From Eledone cirrhosa (lineage: Eukaryota), in assembly GCA_964016885.1 (NCBI GenBank), contig OZ024743.1, positions 147,002,001-147,066,000 of the forward strand: a stretch of DNA of 64,000 bases. Reading direction: 5' to 3'. A program made the position numbers and the translations under genes. This document shows positions 45,741-61,711 of the stretch, one piece after another. The notes under the pieces were generated by a model. The model was given only the letters and a program-made list of their open reading frames with translations, ran no database searches and had not been told where the DNA came from. Within the stretch, counting starts at the first letter, position 1, and every line of letters begins with the position of its first letter.

Positions 45741-45774
45741 CTTTTCGTTTCGGACAGTAGTCCTTCATCAGAAG
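45741..45774 (-). ncRNA. Minimal PLE-type hammerhead, cleavage triplet mutated
   Basis: ctt-ctgatga-a-ggac tact gtcc-gaaa-cg-aa-aag. Confidence 0.6.
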
Positions 45775-46975
45775 TTCGAATGAGAAATAAAAGATAAAAT
45801 ATAAAGACATAGAGTAAGAAGGGGAAGGAATGGAAAACTTTCTTTTCAGAAAAAGCACGTGTGTATACAATTAGTCATTTTGGGTATATATTTTAGGCAG
45901 GGAAAGTTCCCATGGTATTTCACAAACATTCACCTCCCTCTCTGAATTTTTTTAAGAAAAACACAAACATGTAAGTTTTCCCCAAGGATAGTCTGAATGT
46001 TAGATCGGAGTTAATTCTGCTAAAGAAAATCCAAAGACCAAGTCCTAGTGTTAAAGCAGGTGGTCTGTTAAGCCTACCACTGAGAATTATATTTTTGCAG
46101 CAGCCAAAGTTTTATGACTTTTATTTAATCTAGACTATTAAAGTTCAGAACTATGTAAACTCATACTCACTGTTATTGTTTAACTCACTAACATTCCAGC
46201 CAAAATTACTTCGTCTTTTAAAAAGTATCTAGGAATAGGTTTTCCAATATACCCATCTCTATTTCAAGACCAAAACATATGATTTGAGGAAATTTGGCAG
46301 CTATTTTTATAGCAGCCTAAACACTACAAAGGTTTATATATTTTCATTTAGCATTGTAAGTTTGCCGTACTTAGTCACATCAATTGATGTTTAAATCTTG
46401 TCAATGTTGACCATACATTTCCTTTATATTCATCCAAACAAGAACACAGGCTGATATGATTGATTGTAGCCTCTCCTACAAAATTACAGGCTTGTGTTTT
46501 TGTTAGAAAATGTTATTCATTATCTACAAATCTGAATTGGTTTATGTATATCTTGACACTATTACAACTAACTCCCATTTTAAAAAATGGAATGACATAT
46601 GTGAAGAAATAATATATCAACTTATATGGTAATCTGAACAATTGAAATGTATCAAAGAATTATATAATTTGCATTAATTTACTATAACAGATAAAAACAA
46701 AATAAAACAAAACGAAAATGGTCCACTTCGCCAAAGCAAACATTCTCAGTAGTTATATAAAACATTGTAGTGTTGAGGCCACCATAAAAATAGCAGCCAG
46801 GTTTCCTCAAATCGTATGTTTTTGTTTTAAAATGGAGAAAGACACATCAGATAATGTATTCCTAGATGGTTTTTAAAAGGCAAAGAAATTGTGGCTGGAA
46901 TTCAACAAGAACATCAAGTTCTTTTTGATAGGCGAAAAAGAGGAAGTAGGATTAGTTGACTGATAAGTTACATCA

Positions 46976-47034
<59 letters not shown>

Positions 47035-47356
47035 TATGGCTTGTTAATTTATTAACTTGCCATTGAACCACACTGGTATATGGTCGGATTATACTTGTAT
47101 CCCTGTGTGTATTAATTACTTGTAGGAACACATACTTTTATTATTATTCCCCCCAATGGCAGAGAAACCTATAGTCGTCCGAATGGCTGCTATGTTTAGC
47201 AGTACAGGATTGACTTGTTCACCGTGCTCTCGTCTTTGCACACGGTACCATACCAAAAACTGCTTTATCATTCATTTACTCTCATTCTGAGGCAGTTTGG
47301 AATGGCGCCTGTTTGAAATTTTTAACTCGGGAATTTTATATTCTGCGGGAGAGAAA

Positions 47357-47438
47357 TGCCTTCTGATGATAATCTCCTTCTGAATGAAATCCGCCTGGAT
47401 TATCTATTCGTTTGGGATTTGAAACCTCGGTAAGGGCA
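47357..47438 (+). ncRNA. Type I hammerhead ribozyme
   Basis: tgcctt-ctgatga-t aatctc..gggatt t-gaaa-cc tc gg-ta-agggca. Confidence 0.78.
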
Positions 47439-47529
47439 CATATAGTAAGTACGGTGAATTTTTTTAAATTTATTTTAAAATGTTTTCTTTATTTGCTTTC
47501 CTTTGATTTTATATATATATATATAATAT

Positions 47530-47699
<170 letters not shown>

Positions 47700-47754
47700 A
47701 TTACATATATATAATTATATAATTATATATATATAATTATATATATATATATAT

Positions 47755-49329
<1,575 letters not shown>

Positions 49330-49437
49330 ATATAATTATATGTATATATATATATATATATAATTATATGTATATATATATAATTATATGTATATATATA
49401 TATATATGTGTGTATATATAATTATATGTATATATAA

Positions 49438-49487
<50 letters not shown>

Positions 49488-49492
<5 letters not shown>

Positions 49493-50276
49493 AGTATGTA
49501 TGTATGTATACGTACATACATATATGTATACAGACGTACAGTAGTATGTATATATATACATACATGCACACATATATATATATATGCACGTATCGGTTTA
49601 AAGAACATTTATTATAATGCTCGGTTTGTTTGTAAACAAACAAACAGCCTGGAATACGCCGTACAGTGTTTAGGCAACCACGTCACCTTTTTGTTCAACA
49701 CTGACACAGGAACGATGTACTAGTTTCAAGCTTATTAGCTATCGTCAGCATCGTATACCTTCCTGCCAGATGGTTGAACGTCTGAAAGTATATACTTTCC
49801 TTATGCATATTAACGGCTGAGCAGCCTAATTTGCATATCGAGTGAGTTTAGTCGGCCAGGCGCACCGAAAACGATAAATGGAATAGAATGAAACTAAATT
49901 TCATTTCTCACGCTTAGTATGGCAGTTACTTAAATGTAAGTATGTATGTATGTATACATACATATATGTATACTGACGTACAGTAGTATGTATATATATA
50001 CATACATGCACATATATATATATGCACGTATCGGTTTACCGAACATTTATTATAATGCTCGGTTTGTTTGTAAACAAACAAACAGCCCGAATTACGCCGT
50101 ACAGTGTTTAGGCAACCACGTCACCTTTTTGCTCAACACTGATACAGGAAAGATGTACTAGTTTCAAGCTTATTAGCTATCGTCAGCATTGTATACCTTC
50201 CTGCCAGATGGCTGAAAGTCTGAAAGTATATACTTTCCTTATGCATATTAACGGCTGAGCAGCCTAATTTGCATAC
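49488..50276 (-). mobile_element. Retrozyme-like tandem element with a 438-bp period and minimal hammerheads at 49713-49753 and 50152-50191
   Basis: cgatg-ctgacga-t agct aata agct t-gaaa-ctag-ta-catcg in both repeats. Confidence 0.85.
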
Positions 50277-50600
50277 TTACATTTAAGTAACTGATGTACT
50301 AAGACAGAAATGAAATTTCGTTTCATTCACCGTATTAGACTAAACTGAATTAGTCTGTTAGTTGTGATTTTTTAAATCTGCGTTACCAGTGTAATGCTAA
50401 CACATTGGTCCAGCTAACCAAAATGTGGCTTCGTGTCCCATGTACATCAATACTCATACCTTTTTCCATTCAGAGGGCTTTTTCAAAAATCCCAACTAAC
50501 AAACTAATTATATTTAGTCTAATACGGCGTAAGCACATGTTACTACCTTATTTTCAATTTCGCTAGCCGTTTGTAAACAAAGCCTGCTTTGTGTCTCCCT

Positions 50601-50771
<171 letters not shown>

Positions 50772-50829
50772 TATATATATAATTATGAAGAACGAGGAAT
50801 CAGTGTTGCATCATCTCACATTTATTAAA

Positions 50830-50917
50830 ATATTACATATGTTTCTCTGTCGATCAGCTCGAGGCAAGATCTGTTACAGATCGAACCCAACTCTGCAGTC
50901 GAAGGATCTTCAGATAT
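50830..50917 (-). ncRNA. Type I hammerhead whose stem I extends into a ~50-bp inverted repeat (50781-50965)
   Basis: atat-ctgaaga-long stem II-gaaa-catatg-ta-atat. Confidence 0.7.
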
Positions 50918-51165
50918 GTTAGTAAATGTGAGATGATGCAACACTGATTCCTCGTTCTTTATAATATTATACGGTACTCTGTGCGAGCATCAATTGCTCA
51001 ATCGGTATACCGCCTACGGACGCATTTACCTTGCAACCCTACAACTAATAGATCTATATGATATACATACCAACACATACATATATATCCTAGAAACGAT
51101 CGTAAAATGATGAATTTTTTTAATATAAGGAACTGTTTCTTTGTTTTTATTCATTATTTTTATTA

Positions 51166-51212
<47 letters not shown>

Positions 51213-51214
51213 GT

Positions 51215-51322
51215 TGTATATATTCAAAAACGAAATATATATGTGTATATATATATAGAGAGAGAGAGGGAGACACTTTTTATTTTTTCAACTCCATTTC
51301 TCTCATGTATGTATATAGTTAT

Positions 51323-51396
<74 letters not shown>

Positions 51397-51672
51397 CGAG
51401 GGTGGGGTGGGGGTGGGGGAAGGAACCAGGTTGACCATAACGCACCAGAATGCTCGATACTTAGGGTAGTAGAGTGGGTAATAGGAAAAGAGTCAGGACG
51501 CCGACGGCTGAGCTCCGGCCGTTTCGACTGCTAGATCCGAACAGTTCGGATCTAGCTGTCGAGCTCAGCCGTCGGCGTCTTGACTCTTTTCCTATTACCC
51601 ACTCTACTACCCTAAGTATCGAGCATTCTGGTACGTTATGGTCCACCTGGTTCCTTACGACACTCCCCCTCG

Positions 51673-51736
<64 letters not shown>

Positions 51737-51794
51737 ATAAATATATACATACATACATGAGAGAAATGGAGTTGAAAAAATGAAAAGTTTCTCC

Positions 51795-51835
<41 letters not shown>

Positions 51836-51860
51836 TATTTCATTTTTGAATATATACAAA
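51215..51860. repeat. Large fold-back centred near 51542, covering family Y sequence plus flanking microsatellites
   Basis: Reverse-complement symmetry continues across two TA tracts on each side. Confidence 0.85.
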
Positions 51861-51865
51861 CACAC

Positions 51866-51929
<64 letters not shown>

Positions 51930-51930
<1 letters not shown>

Positions 51931-53443
51931 AAGGTATAATGTGTCTGCAAACATGAGAAAGAGAAAACCTAAGGATTTCATTGACCCTAAGGTAACCCGA
52001 ATTTAATTAAATTAAATAAAACAATAATCGTTATATAACTTAGAAAATATTTAACGATTTTAACACTAGAAATTCATTAAACTATCTAAAGTACTTATAA
52101 ATGTAACTAGAAGCATGTTATTATACTAGATATACAGATTTGTTCAAATATAAATAGAGTATTCCAGATATTAGTGATCGATATACATATAATAAATAAT
52201 AAGTACAATCATTGTTAGTAATGTTATAATTGAAGTTTTACATGAAGTTAAGTGGAAAAAAAAGTCTGTCGACTAGTATGGTGTGTGACGCATATACCGT
52301 AAATATATATAAATAAAAATATATGAATCAAACTTCCTGAATCGGAAAACATAATCCAAATGAATAAATATACAAAAACATAAATGCATGAATGATTTAC
52401 GGTACATTATAACTGCTAAGCATATAAGCCATATATTAAAAAAATATACAAGAATCCCAGTCAAATTAAATATATCTAAACAATCAAATTTTATGCACAA
52501 TCCTCAAGAGATCATGTTAACAAATAATGTTTATATACCTATACAGGACCCTTTAATCTAACATTAATCATTTCATAAATGAAAAAAAAAAAAATTATTA
52601 AAGTTTTATAATCTCTTATAACATTTTAGGCACACAGTTGATAAGAGACGTCAAAAATTAGAACCTGTTTATTTAGTGTTTTTTCCTGACTTTTTGCGAG
52701 GCTTGGAATGTAGACAAAGCTTTATGAAGGCAGTTTGAGAATAATTCACTTTTTTTGTTAATTAAATTTCCATAATTAGTAATTATTAAAAGGGTCTTCA
52801 TGGTACAGCGTTTGCAGTTAGGTGATATTGAAGAATTCAAGTAAATTCTACTATTACACAACTTCGTCCAAGAAATCGAGTATTTTAAATTTTTGTCTTT
52901 TAATGACCATATAAGTTGTAATAAAGAAGTCAGAGATTTCCTATTAGGATTCGAAAAAGAGCATTTGTGATTCGCAAATCTTGATTTAAATGTCGAAGAA
53001 GTTGCACCTATATAGTTGTATGTGATATTATTTGCTTTAACGGTGCATTTATATACCATATTGCTATCCAGACAGTTATTTTGCAGAGGGCAATCTGGTC
53101 TATTTCTACAATTACATTTCGATTTATTGTTATTACTATAAATTGTACTATTTACATTAACATTATTAGTACTCCGAAATGTTCTATTGATAGTAATGTT
53201 ATTGTTATTTCTAGTATTAATATTGCTAGTGTTATTATATTCATTATCGTTAAATGTATGTTGATTTAGAATTCTACTATTTATTTATTTTAGCGATGTT
53301 CTGGGCCATATTCATAGTTGTAGAATAAGAAAGCTTAATTGTGTGTCTGTTAAATATGGAACGGTATTTATGTTGAATGGGGAAGGATTTATCTAAAGCT
53401 TTAAAGAATAGATTTGCGAGTGGAGTTTTTATTGCTACAGAAG

Positions 53444-53445
<2 letters not shown>
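51930..53445 (-). mobile_element. 5'-truncated Penelope-like element: GIY-YIG (52673-53059) plus AT-rich 3' UTR
   Basis: [55 protein letters not shown]...C.H. Confidence 0.85.
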
Positions 53446-53535
<90 letters not shown>

Positions 53536-53536
53536 T

Positions 53537-53671
<135 letters not shown>

Positions 53672-55169
53672 TTATATGCACTCACACACAGGAAATTATG
53701 GTTCAGCCTTAGGTGAAATGCAAGAAAGTGAAAAAATACTTCATGTTATAAAATATTGCATATTATAAAATACTGCGTATTTGTGAAATATAGATCTGAT
53801 TAAATAAATTATTGTTTAGTTAAGATTTCATTCATTTCTTCACTTAAATTAGATTTTCTCCATACTTGTTTAATTCAACAAAGAACTATGTTTTATATCA
53901 GAACATATTAACCATCTATGTGTTTCATGTAATACTTGGATTATTTTACTATCCCCAACTTCATATAAAAATTATTAAATTTTCCTTATATATTTTTTCC
54001 ATAAAAATATAAAATTTATTTTATTTCTTTGAATATTTTTCTGAACATCGTTTTATTTTTGTAATCATAAAGCTTATATATGTTTAACACCACTCTATTT
54101 TCATCCGGTTACCATGATCTGAAGCCAAACTGAAATAGACATCTTGAGTCCGTTGGTGAATTTTGAGATTTTAGTTAAAAGTTTTGGCACTACATGACAT
54201 TTCCAAGCATTTTAGAGAAATTAAAATAACATAATGATTTTTTGTTTTTAATTTAATTTTTTTACTTACCTGTATCCACCTTTGTAAAGGAGTAGTGTAT
54301 AAATGTCATGAGTTCAAATTTGCTTCTGGTATTTCCACTCAACCTAATTATCTATGTGAGTCACTGCTGTAATAGTGAACCAGCATAATGTTTCCAGAAT
54401 GGCTGTGTAGTTATAAAGTCTGCTTTGCAACCATGTGGTACAATATAAGAATCTACTATATTCTCAGGTATACTAATACAATGTAAATGGAATATGGTTC
54501 AAGGAATCTCTACAGAAGCCCCCCCCCCCACACACACACACAGACAGACACACACACACAGACACAGAAACATACACACACACACACACACATACACATA
54601 GATATATTTATATATATATATCGTAAAATTGTAGAGATCGCAGAGATGGCTTTAAAACAGCCAAGTGTTACGGTGGTCATAGCAAGGAGCCAAGTTAAAA
54701 AAAACCTCTATAGAATGGAAGAGTGGTCAGAGAAGAAGAGGAGGAAAAAGTTAGGATGGAGAGAGAGAACGACGTAAGGGAATAGGGCGCATAGCATATG
54801 ATAAGAGATAACAGATAAAATAGAAAGAGAGAAGAAAAGAGGGAATGAAGTGATATGGAGATGTGGAGTGGAGAACGTGGAAAAAGGAAAGTTGAATATC
54901 ATAAAATAACGTACCATAGTGTCGGAACCACTTCAGCTTATTTCTAGCCAAATAATTTCGCGCGGTGAGGGAGGACCATGTATTTAAAGGCTACCCCACG
55001 TAACAGTATCAAATTTTCTGTTGGTGTAACACGTGTAGGTAAACAAAATAAAACAAAGTAAGACAGCAGTAGAAACGCATCCGCTCTGGGCCACGGCAGA
55101 CAGGAAAGAGGCAGTCTCCAGAGCAGACAGGTTTCTATTACTCTCTTGATTTGTTTTGCCTACATATAT

Positions 55170-55646
55170 ATAATAAATTAAGAGTGAATAACCAATTTAG
55201 ACTTATAACATAATTTTACCCTACGAACTTTTCAATGTATTACAGTTGACCATACCTCAATATACATTGGGCATTAGTCAGCTGATCTACATATCTTCAG
55301 CAATACAAATACTGTCATAAGCATCAACCTAGAAACATGCGAAAAGTAACTTCATATTACAGATTAGAATTATATCATATTAAAGAACAGCATGCGAAAT
55401 GTATATCTAAAAGCAACCACATGGTGTAATGAAAAGCAGATTTAAAGGCAATATAATAAAACTTAGAACTTTTGCATGTTTTTTTGTTGTTGATGCTTAT
55501 GTCAATATTTGTATTCCTGAAGATATGTAGACCAGCAGACTAATGCTCAATGTATATTGAGGTATGGCCGGCTGTTATACATTGAAACGTACGTAGAGTA
55601 AAATTATGTTATAAGTCTAAATTGGTTATTTACTCTTAATTTATTA
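55170..55646. repeat. Inverted repeat with hammerheads (+55512-55600, decayed -55217-55305)
   Basis: tattc-ctgaaga-t atgta..tacat t-gaaa-cgtacg-ta-gagta. Confidence 0.78.
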
Positions 55647-55988
55647 TATATACATATACACATACATATACACATACATATACATATACATACATATATA
55701 TATATAATTTTCATTGAGGCACAAAGTGACCCGTTGCAAAACACGTATATGTATGTATGTATGTATATATATATATATATGTAAACCTTTATATGTAATA
55801 ATCTCCCGTAAGGTTGAGATACAAATTTGGCTGTATTGTGCTGTGCTTTCTAGCAAAAAGCCACCAGCTGTAAGCAACTGATCACACTCCTTCCAACCTG
55901 ACCGCTGCTACGTCACGATTCTTAGCCATTTTTGAATGTATTCTTGGCGCGATCACTTTGGAAAATTTATTGTCTAGATTTGAGCAAA

Positions 55989-56061
55989 CTCCTGAATATT
56001 CCGGTGCTCGAGTTTCCGAAGTTATTGGAAATCTCAAAATGCGGACGAAACCATGGTCGAG
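55989..56061 (+). ncRNA. Degenerate type I hammerhead
   Basis: ctc-ctgaata-ttccg..cggac-gaaa-ccatgg-tc-gag (G8U). Confidence 0.5.
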
Positions 56062-56471
56062 GTAAATAAATGTATTCTCTTTTCTCCTAGTTATTTTACA
56101 CCTAATTCTGTTAATTGACTGTATATCTGGGCGATTACGCTGTCGAAATATTCGATAAATATTCCGTCGCAGCCGACGCGAAGGACTAGTTTCGGTTATT
56201 TGTTGGAGATTTCTTCATAGAAGCCTTATTCTTATAGCCTGGTCTATTCGATTTTTTATATGGTTAATTATGCTAATTGGGAGAGGAAATGGTATATATT
56301 TTATCTGGTGATTCTATAGACATGTTTTATGATATATATATATATATATATATACACAGTTCAAGAGTAATCAATCTTAAAGAGAGAGATGGAGATAGTA
56401 GAGGAGATAATGTCTTCCTTGTGAAGTTTGTGGTCTTGTTTTGCTTAACTAATGAATATATATATATATAT

Positions 56472-57150
56472 AGGAAAAAGTATGCCCCCGACGGCAGAGC
56501 TCAAGCCCTTTCGACGGCTATTTCTGGACTAAATTAGAATTTTTAGCCTGGTGAATAAATAGCCGAACTTTTCAAGGGGTACTTCCTTATATGGGAAGAT
56601 TGTAGTTGTCAAGAGGATTGGTTAAAATTTGTTGTAAACACAAATAAGTCTATCATGGCATTTAGTGGGAGGTAGGGGTGACTGAACTTGCCTGTAGAAC
56701 AATAGGGGAGTGACAGGAGCGGTCAAGCGTTGAAAGTGATATGTATACATCAGATTCTAAGGATAGAGTATAAAGTGGGGGAGGGAGGTTATAGAATAGG
56801 TAAATCGAAAGAGAGTAGGAGACAATAAAAGATACTAGAAAGAAATAAAAAAAATATATATATAAAATTAGATAGTGAGAAATGAATAAAGAAATCACAA
56901 TGCTATCTTACAATTACAGGTTAATAAGTTGAGAATAGAAAAAAACTTATAGAAATAACAAAACAGATACAAACTTAAAGGGGTTTTTAACACATCTGCT
57001 ATAAGTAGTTAGTAAAACGTATTCGGCCAATTCTATCTTAAAATAACAGGGGTGGGGGAACTGATGCTACAAAGCCCGATGCAGCCCATCGGGCTTTGTA
57101 GCATCAGTTCCCCCACCCCTGTTATTTTAAGGTAGAATTGGCCGAATATA
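56472..57150 (-). mobile_element. Family Y element with HHR at 56486-56579 and terminal hairpin at 57020-57148
   Basis: Matches 39339-39500. A ~62-bp near-perfect inverted repeat lies at the right end. Confidence 0.75.
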
Positions 57151-57199
57151 ATAGCTAGCAGGTACTTTAATTTGTGATTTATTTATACTTCCATAACTA

Positions 57200-58000
57200 C
57201 TATGCAGTCGATTTACCTGAATCAAATAATTGTTAGTAGCTTTCTGTGAACTGTCTTGACTTCCATACAGTTGCAGCTTCAGCTGATACATGTATAGTAT
57301 AATGGTTATTGATTTTGATACAAGCATAATGTCTATTGATATCCTTCTCTGAACTTTCTTGTCTTCCATACTAATACAGATATAGCAGCTATTGTTGTAT
57401 TTGAAAAGGGTCACGTTGTTCTAGTATTGCCAGAAAAATATAGTAAAATACACTCACTGTTCGGCTTGGTTTTCGTATCAGTACATATTTATATGCCTAC
57501 AGATAATTTAGCTGTTTATCATTGATTGATCAACAGTTAAAACATAAATATAAATATAGTATCTCAGAGTTCTTTCGTCACACAAATCTGTGACATCATA
57601 CTATTTTTCTGACAATATTAAAACAACATGACCCTCCCCAAATATAACAATGTTTGTCTCAACACACGATTTCATATCAAAAACCTTGCAAAACAAATAC
57701 ATCGCCGCCGTAGCAGCTATTGTTATTCTTTTGTGAACATTCTGGTTTTTCATACAGTTGCTTCAACCCTTATACGTATATGCCAACTATTGATAACATA
57801 CGTACATTTTCGTTTTCTACACATTTGCCTTATAGCAGCTATTGCAAGTTTTCTGTGGATTTACTGGCCTTCCATACATTTGCTTCAACTGATACAAATA
57901 TAGAAGCTAATGAGTTCGTTCTGTGAACTTTCTGCTGTTCCATACACCTGTTTCAACTAATACAAGTATAGCAGCTACTAATATTCTTTATGTGAACTCT
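57200..58000. repeat. Degenerate ~70-bp minisatellite
   Basis: Recurrent tctgtgaact..ttccatac..gcttcaactgatacaa.tatagcagcta. Confidence 0.55.
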
Positions 58001-58289
58001 TTTCTAAATACATTGCAAAAATGCGTTTCAAGATAAATTAGTAGTATTTTTTTAAAACTATTATAGCTAGCATCACTGTAATCACAAATACTAGCACTAA
58101 CAACGCTAACTACATCACTACCTCCACTATAACATTATCGTCATCCTCATAGGTCTTGGTAAGAGAATCATCACCATTACTACCACCACAACCCCTATAG
58201 CGTCATCATTAAAAGCATCATCATTTCCATCAATGCTCCTATCACCATCAATACTACCTTTATCATAATTCTTAACAAAAGGTGTCTCC

Positions 58290-58305
58290 TACAACAACAA
58301 CAACA

Positions 58306-58363
<58 letters not shown>

Positions 58364-58513
58364 ACACATTGTCTGCATCACCATTCTTCAAGATCAGCAT
58401 CATCATCATCATCATCATCATCATCACCATCACCACCATCATCATCATCATCATTATTATCATGATCATGATCATCATCATCACCATCATCATCGTCATC
58501 GTCATCATCATCC

Positions 58514-58544
<31 letters not shown>

Positions 58545-58554
58545 CATCATCATT

Positions 58555-58585
<31 letters not shown>

Positions 58586-58643
58586 CCATCATTCTCACCA
58601 TCATCATCACCATCATCATCATCATCATCATCATCACCACCAC

Positions 58644-58675
<32 letters not shown>

Positions 58676-58767
58676 CCATCATCACCACCATCACCATCAT
58701 CACCATCATCATCATCACCATCATCACCACCATCATCATCACCACCATCATCATCACCATACATCAC

Positions 58768-58799
<32 letters not shown>

Positions 58800-58828
58800 C
58801 CACCATCATACATCACCATCATCACCAC

Positions 58829-58861
<33 letters not shown>

Positions 58862-58935
58862 CATCATCCTCCTCCTCATCACCACCACCATCATTCTCAC
58901 GCATCATCATCATCACCATCATCATCACCACCATC

Positions 58936-58982
<47 letters not shown>

Positions 58983-59080
58983 TCTCACATCATCATCACC
59001 ATCACCACACACCACCACCATTCTCACCACCACCACCATCATCATCTTCATCATCATCATCATCATCATTGTCATTGTTA
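58290..59080. repeat. (ACT)n followed by (CAT/CAC)n trinucleotide array
   Basis: Directly visible. Confidence 0.95.
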
Positions 59081-59346
59081 TTGAAGTGGTTGACATTGTT
59101 ATTATTGCTTGTTCCAAGACTAAGCAATGTCCCTTGCTTGTGTTCTTTAATCCACTGACTACACTTAACTTCCAATTATGATGCCAGGAATATTTCCTTC
59201 AAATTATCCACCAATATCTCATCATCTTATGTTTTAGTTTTTCTACCCATTTCAGATTGTATGATTTAAATCAACTTGCTTATTTTTCTTTACTTCTCGG
59301 AGTGCTTTATAGCAATTCGATGCTTCATTTCCTTCCACAACCGTAT

Positions 59347-59392
<46 letters not shown>

Positions 59393-59431
59393 GGTCGTTC
59401 TCTCTCTCCTAATTTCTCCTTTCTAAGTGCT

Positions 59432-59585
<154 letters not shown>

Positions 59586-59603
59586 ATATGTATATATGTA
59601 TAT

Positions 59604-59647
<44 letters not shown>

Positions 59648-59704
59648 ATATATATGTATATATATATATATGTATATATATACACACATATATATATATA
59701 TATA

Positions 59705-59800
<96 letters not shown>

Positions 59801-59802
59801 AG

Positions 59803-59918
<116 letters not shown>

Positions 59919-59949
59919 CATATATATATATATGTATACATATATATAC

Positions 59950-60019
<70 letters not shown>

Positions 60020-60306
60020 GTATATATATGTATAAATAGTGTATATATATATATATGAAATCATCAGGAAAGACACGCACGGATATACATCACATACATA
60101 TATTATACGTACATACAAACATAATATATAAATATATATATATATATATACGTATATATGTATGTACGTATATATATATGTATACGTATGAGCGTCTATG
60201 TCTAGCTTTTCGAGTGTATAGATGAAAAAACGAATGCATTAATGATAGAGTGAAGCTTCATCCCCAAGTTAAAGAATTCACCCCCACACACACATATATA
60301 TAATAA

Positions 60307-60337
<31 letters not shown>

Positions 60338-60445
60338 CATATGTGACTTTTTCCCTCGATTCGTCTCGTGTTAATCTACACTAGAACTCCCGCCTAACAA
60401 TTTCTCCTCAGCCCTTCCAATTCTCAGCTTCAACAATCCATTTAT

Positions 60446-60497
<52 letters not shown>

Positions 60498-60503
60498 TTA
60501 TCC

Positions 60504-60570
<67 letters not shown>

Positions 60571-60589
60571 CATCTATCTTTATATATAT

Positions 60590-61687
60590 AGAGGATATGG
60601 ATAACCACCATCACCCCAAACATAAACTACTGGTGGTTACTAACCGGTTTCCTCAATTTAGACGAGGACAACCTCATCTCAATAGGGAAGGCATCCGGCG
60701 ACGCGTTCAGTGGAACGAGCCTCGAAGTTCTGACCCAAATAAGGCCAGAACGCATCGCCCAAATCCCTGAGCGCGTCATGCTGGATGACCGTACCCACCT
60801 CAACATTATTGTGGAGGGTAGGCGTCCCTCCTGTTACCTCTGTGGCAATAGAGGTCACCTGAGGGCTGCCTGTCCCCAGCTCACACAGAAAAAAACACTG
60901 CTACCAACACCAACACCACCCCAACTACAACAACAAAAACAACCACAACAACAACAAAAACCAACAACCCCACCACCACCACCACCACAACAACAACAAC
61001 AACAAACACGTGAAAAAATAACACAGAATACTGTCCCACCCAATCCCTCCCCACCCAAAACAAATACAAAAACACGCACACCGCAAACACTACCAGAAAA
61101 CATACCCCTCCCACCCAACAAGGAAGACGAACCTCTTTCGTCGCAAGACGAAAAAGATCCCTTCCAACAAGTAAAAAGAAAGAAGAGGAGACGCACCACA
61201 GACACACATGTTAACTTTAACCCCCCCCCAAGAGAACACAAACTACACACAAACCACCCCTCCCTGTCACACAACACTAACTGCTACACAAAAAAAGACA
61301 TTACAATACACATACATGAACACAGACAACAAAGAATTACGGAAAACAATTTCAGCAAACCCTTCGGTCCAAACCGAAGGGCCAAACTTTATAACTGCTG
61401 TGGGACTACCTCATTTGAAAATGATAAAAGTCCCAATGCACTTGTACAAAACACTGAAAATAAATTTCACGGAGGACGTGGGCCCCCCCTGCGCCAAACC
61501 AATCAACCGCGTCCTCCTAAAAAATTTCACCCCCCCACCTCACCCAGACACCCACTCAACGACAAACACCCCAACCCCACAACACACCGATGCCCCTTCA
61601 CTTCCACAAACCACAACCCCACCCAACAACCCATCCCCAACCAGCATGGAAATTGAGCGGCCCGTTTCCCGGGACGCAGAGAGGTAA
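60590..61687 (+). CDS. Tx1/L1-type LINE ORF1 (gag-like), 5'-truncated and probably frameshifted near 61220
   Basis: IIVEGRRPSCYLCGNRGHLRAACP zinc knuckle, Pro/Gln-rich linker and basic KRKKRRR. Confidence 0.75.
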
Positions 61688-61711
61688 GTGCCTTTTCTCT
61701 TTACCACCAAC

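Noticed and set aside
52265-52515. Possible highly expanded HHR in the 3' UTR of the minus-strand PLE
   Set aside because: GAAA is absent and the stems are too weak to support it.
58272-59181. Poly-I/M/D/H ORFs
   Set aside because: Translations of the (CAT)n and (ACT)n arrays.
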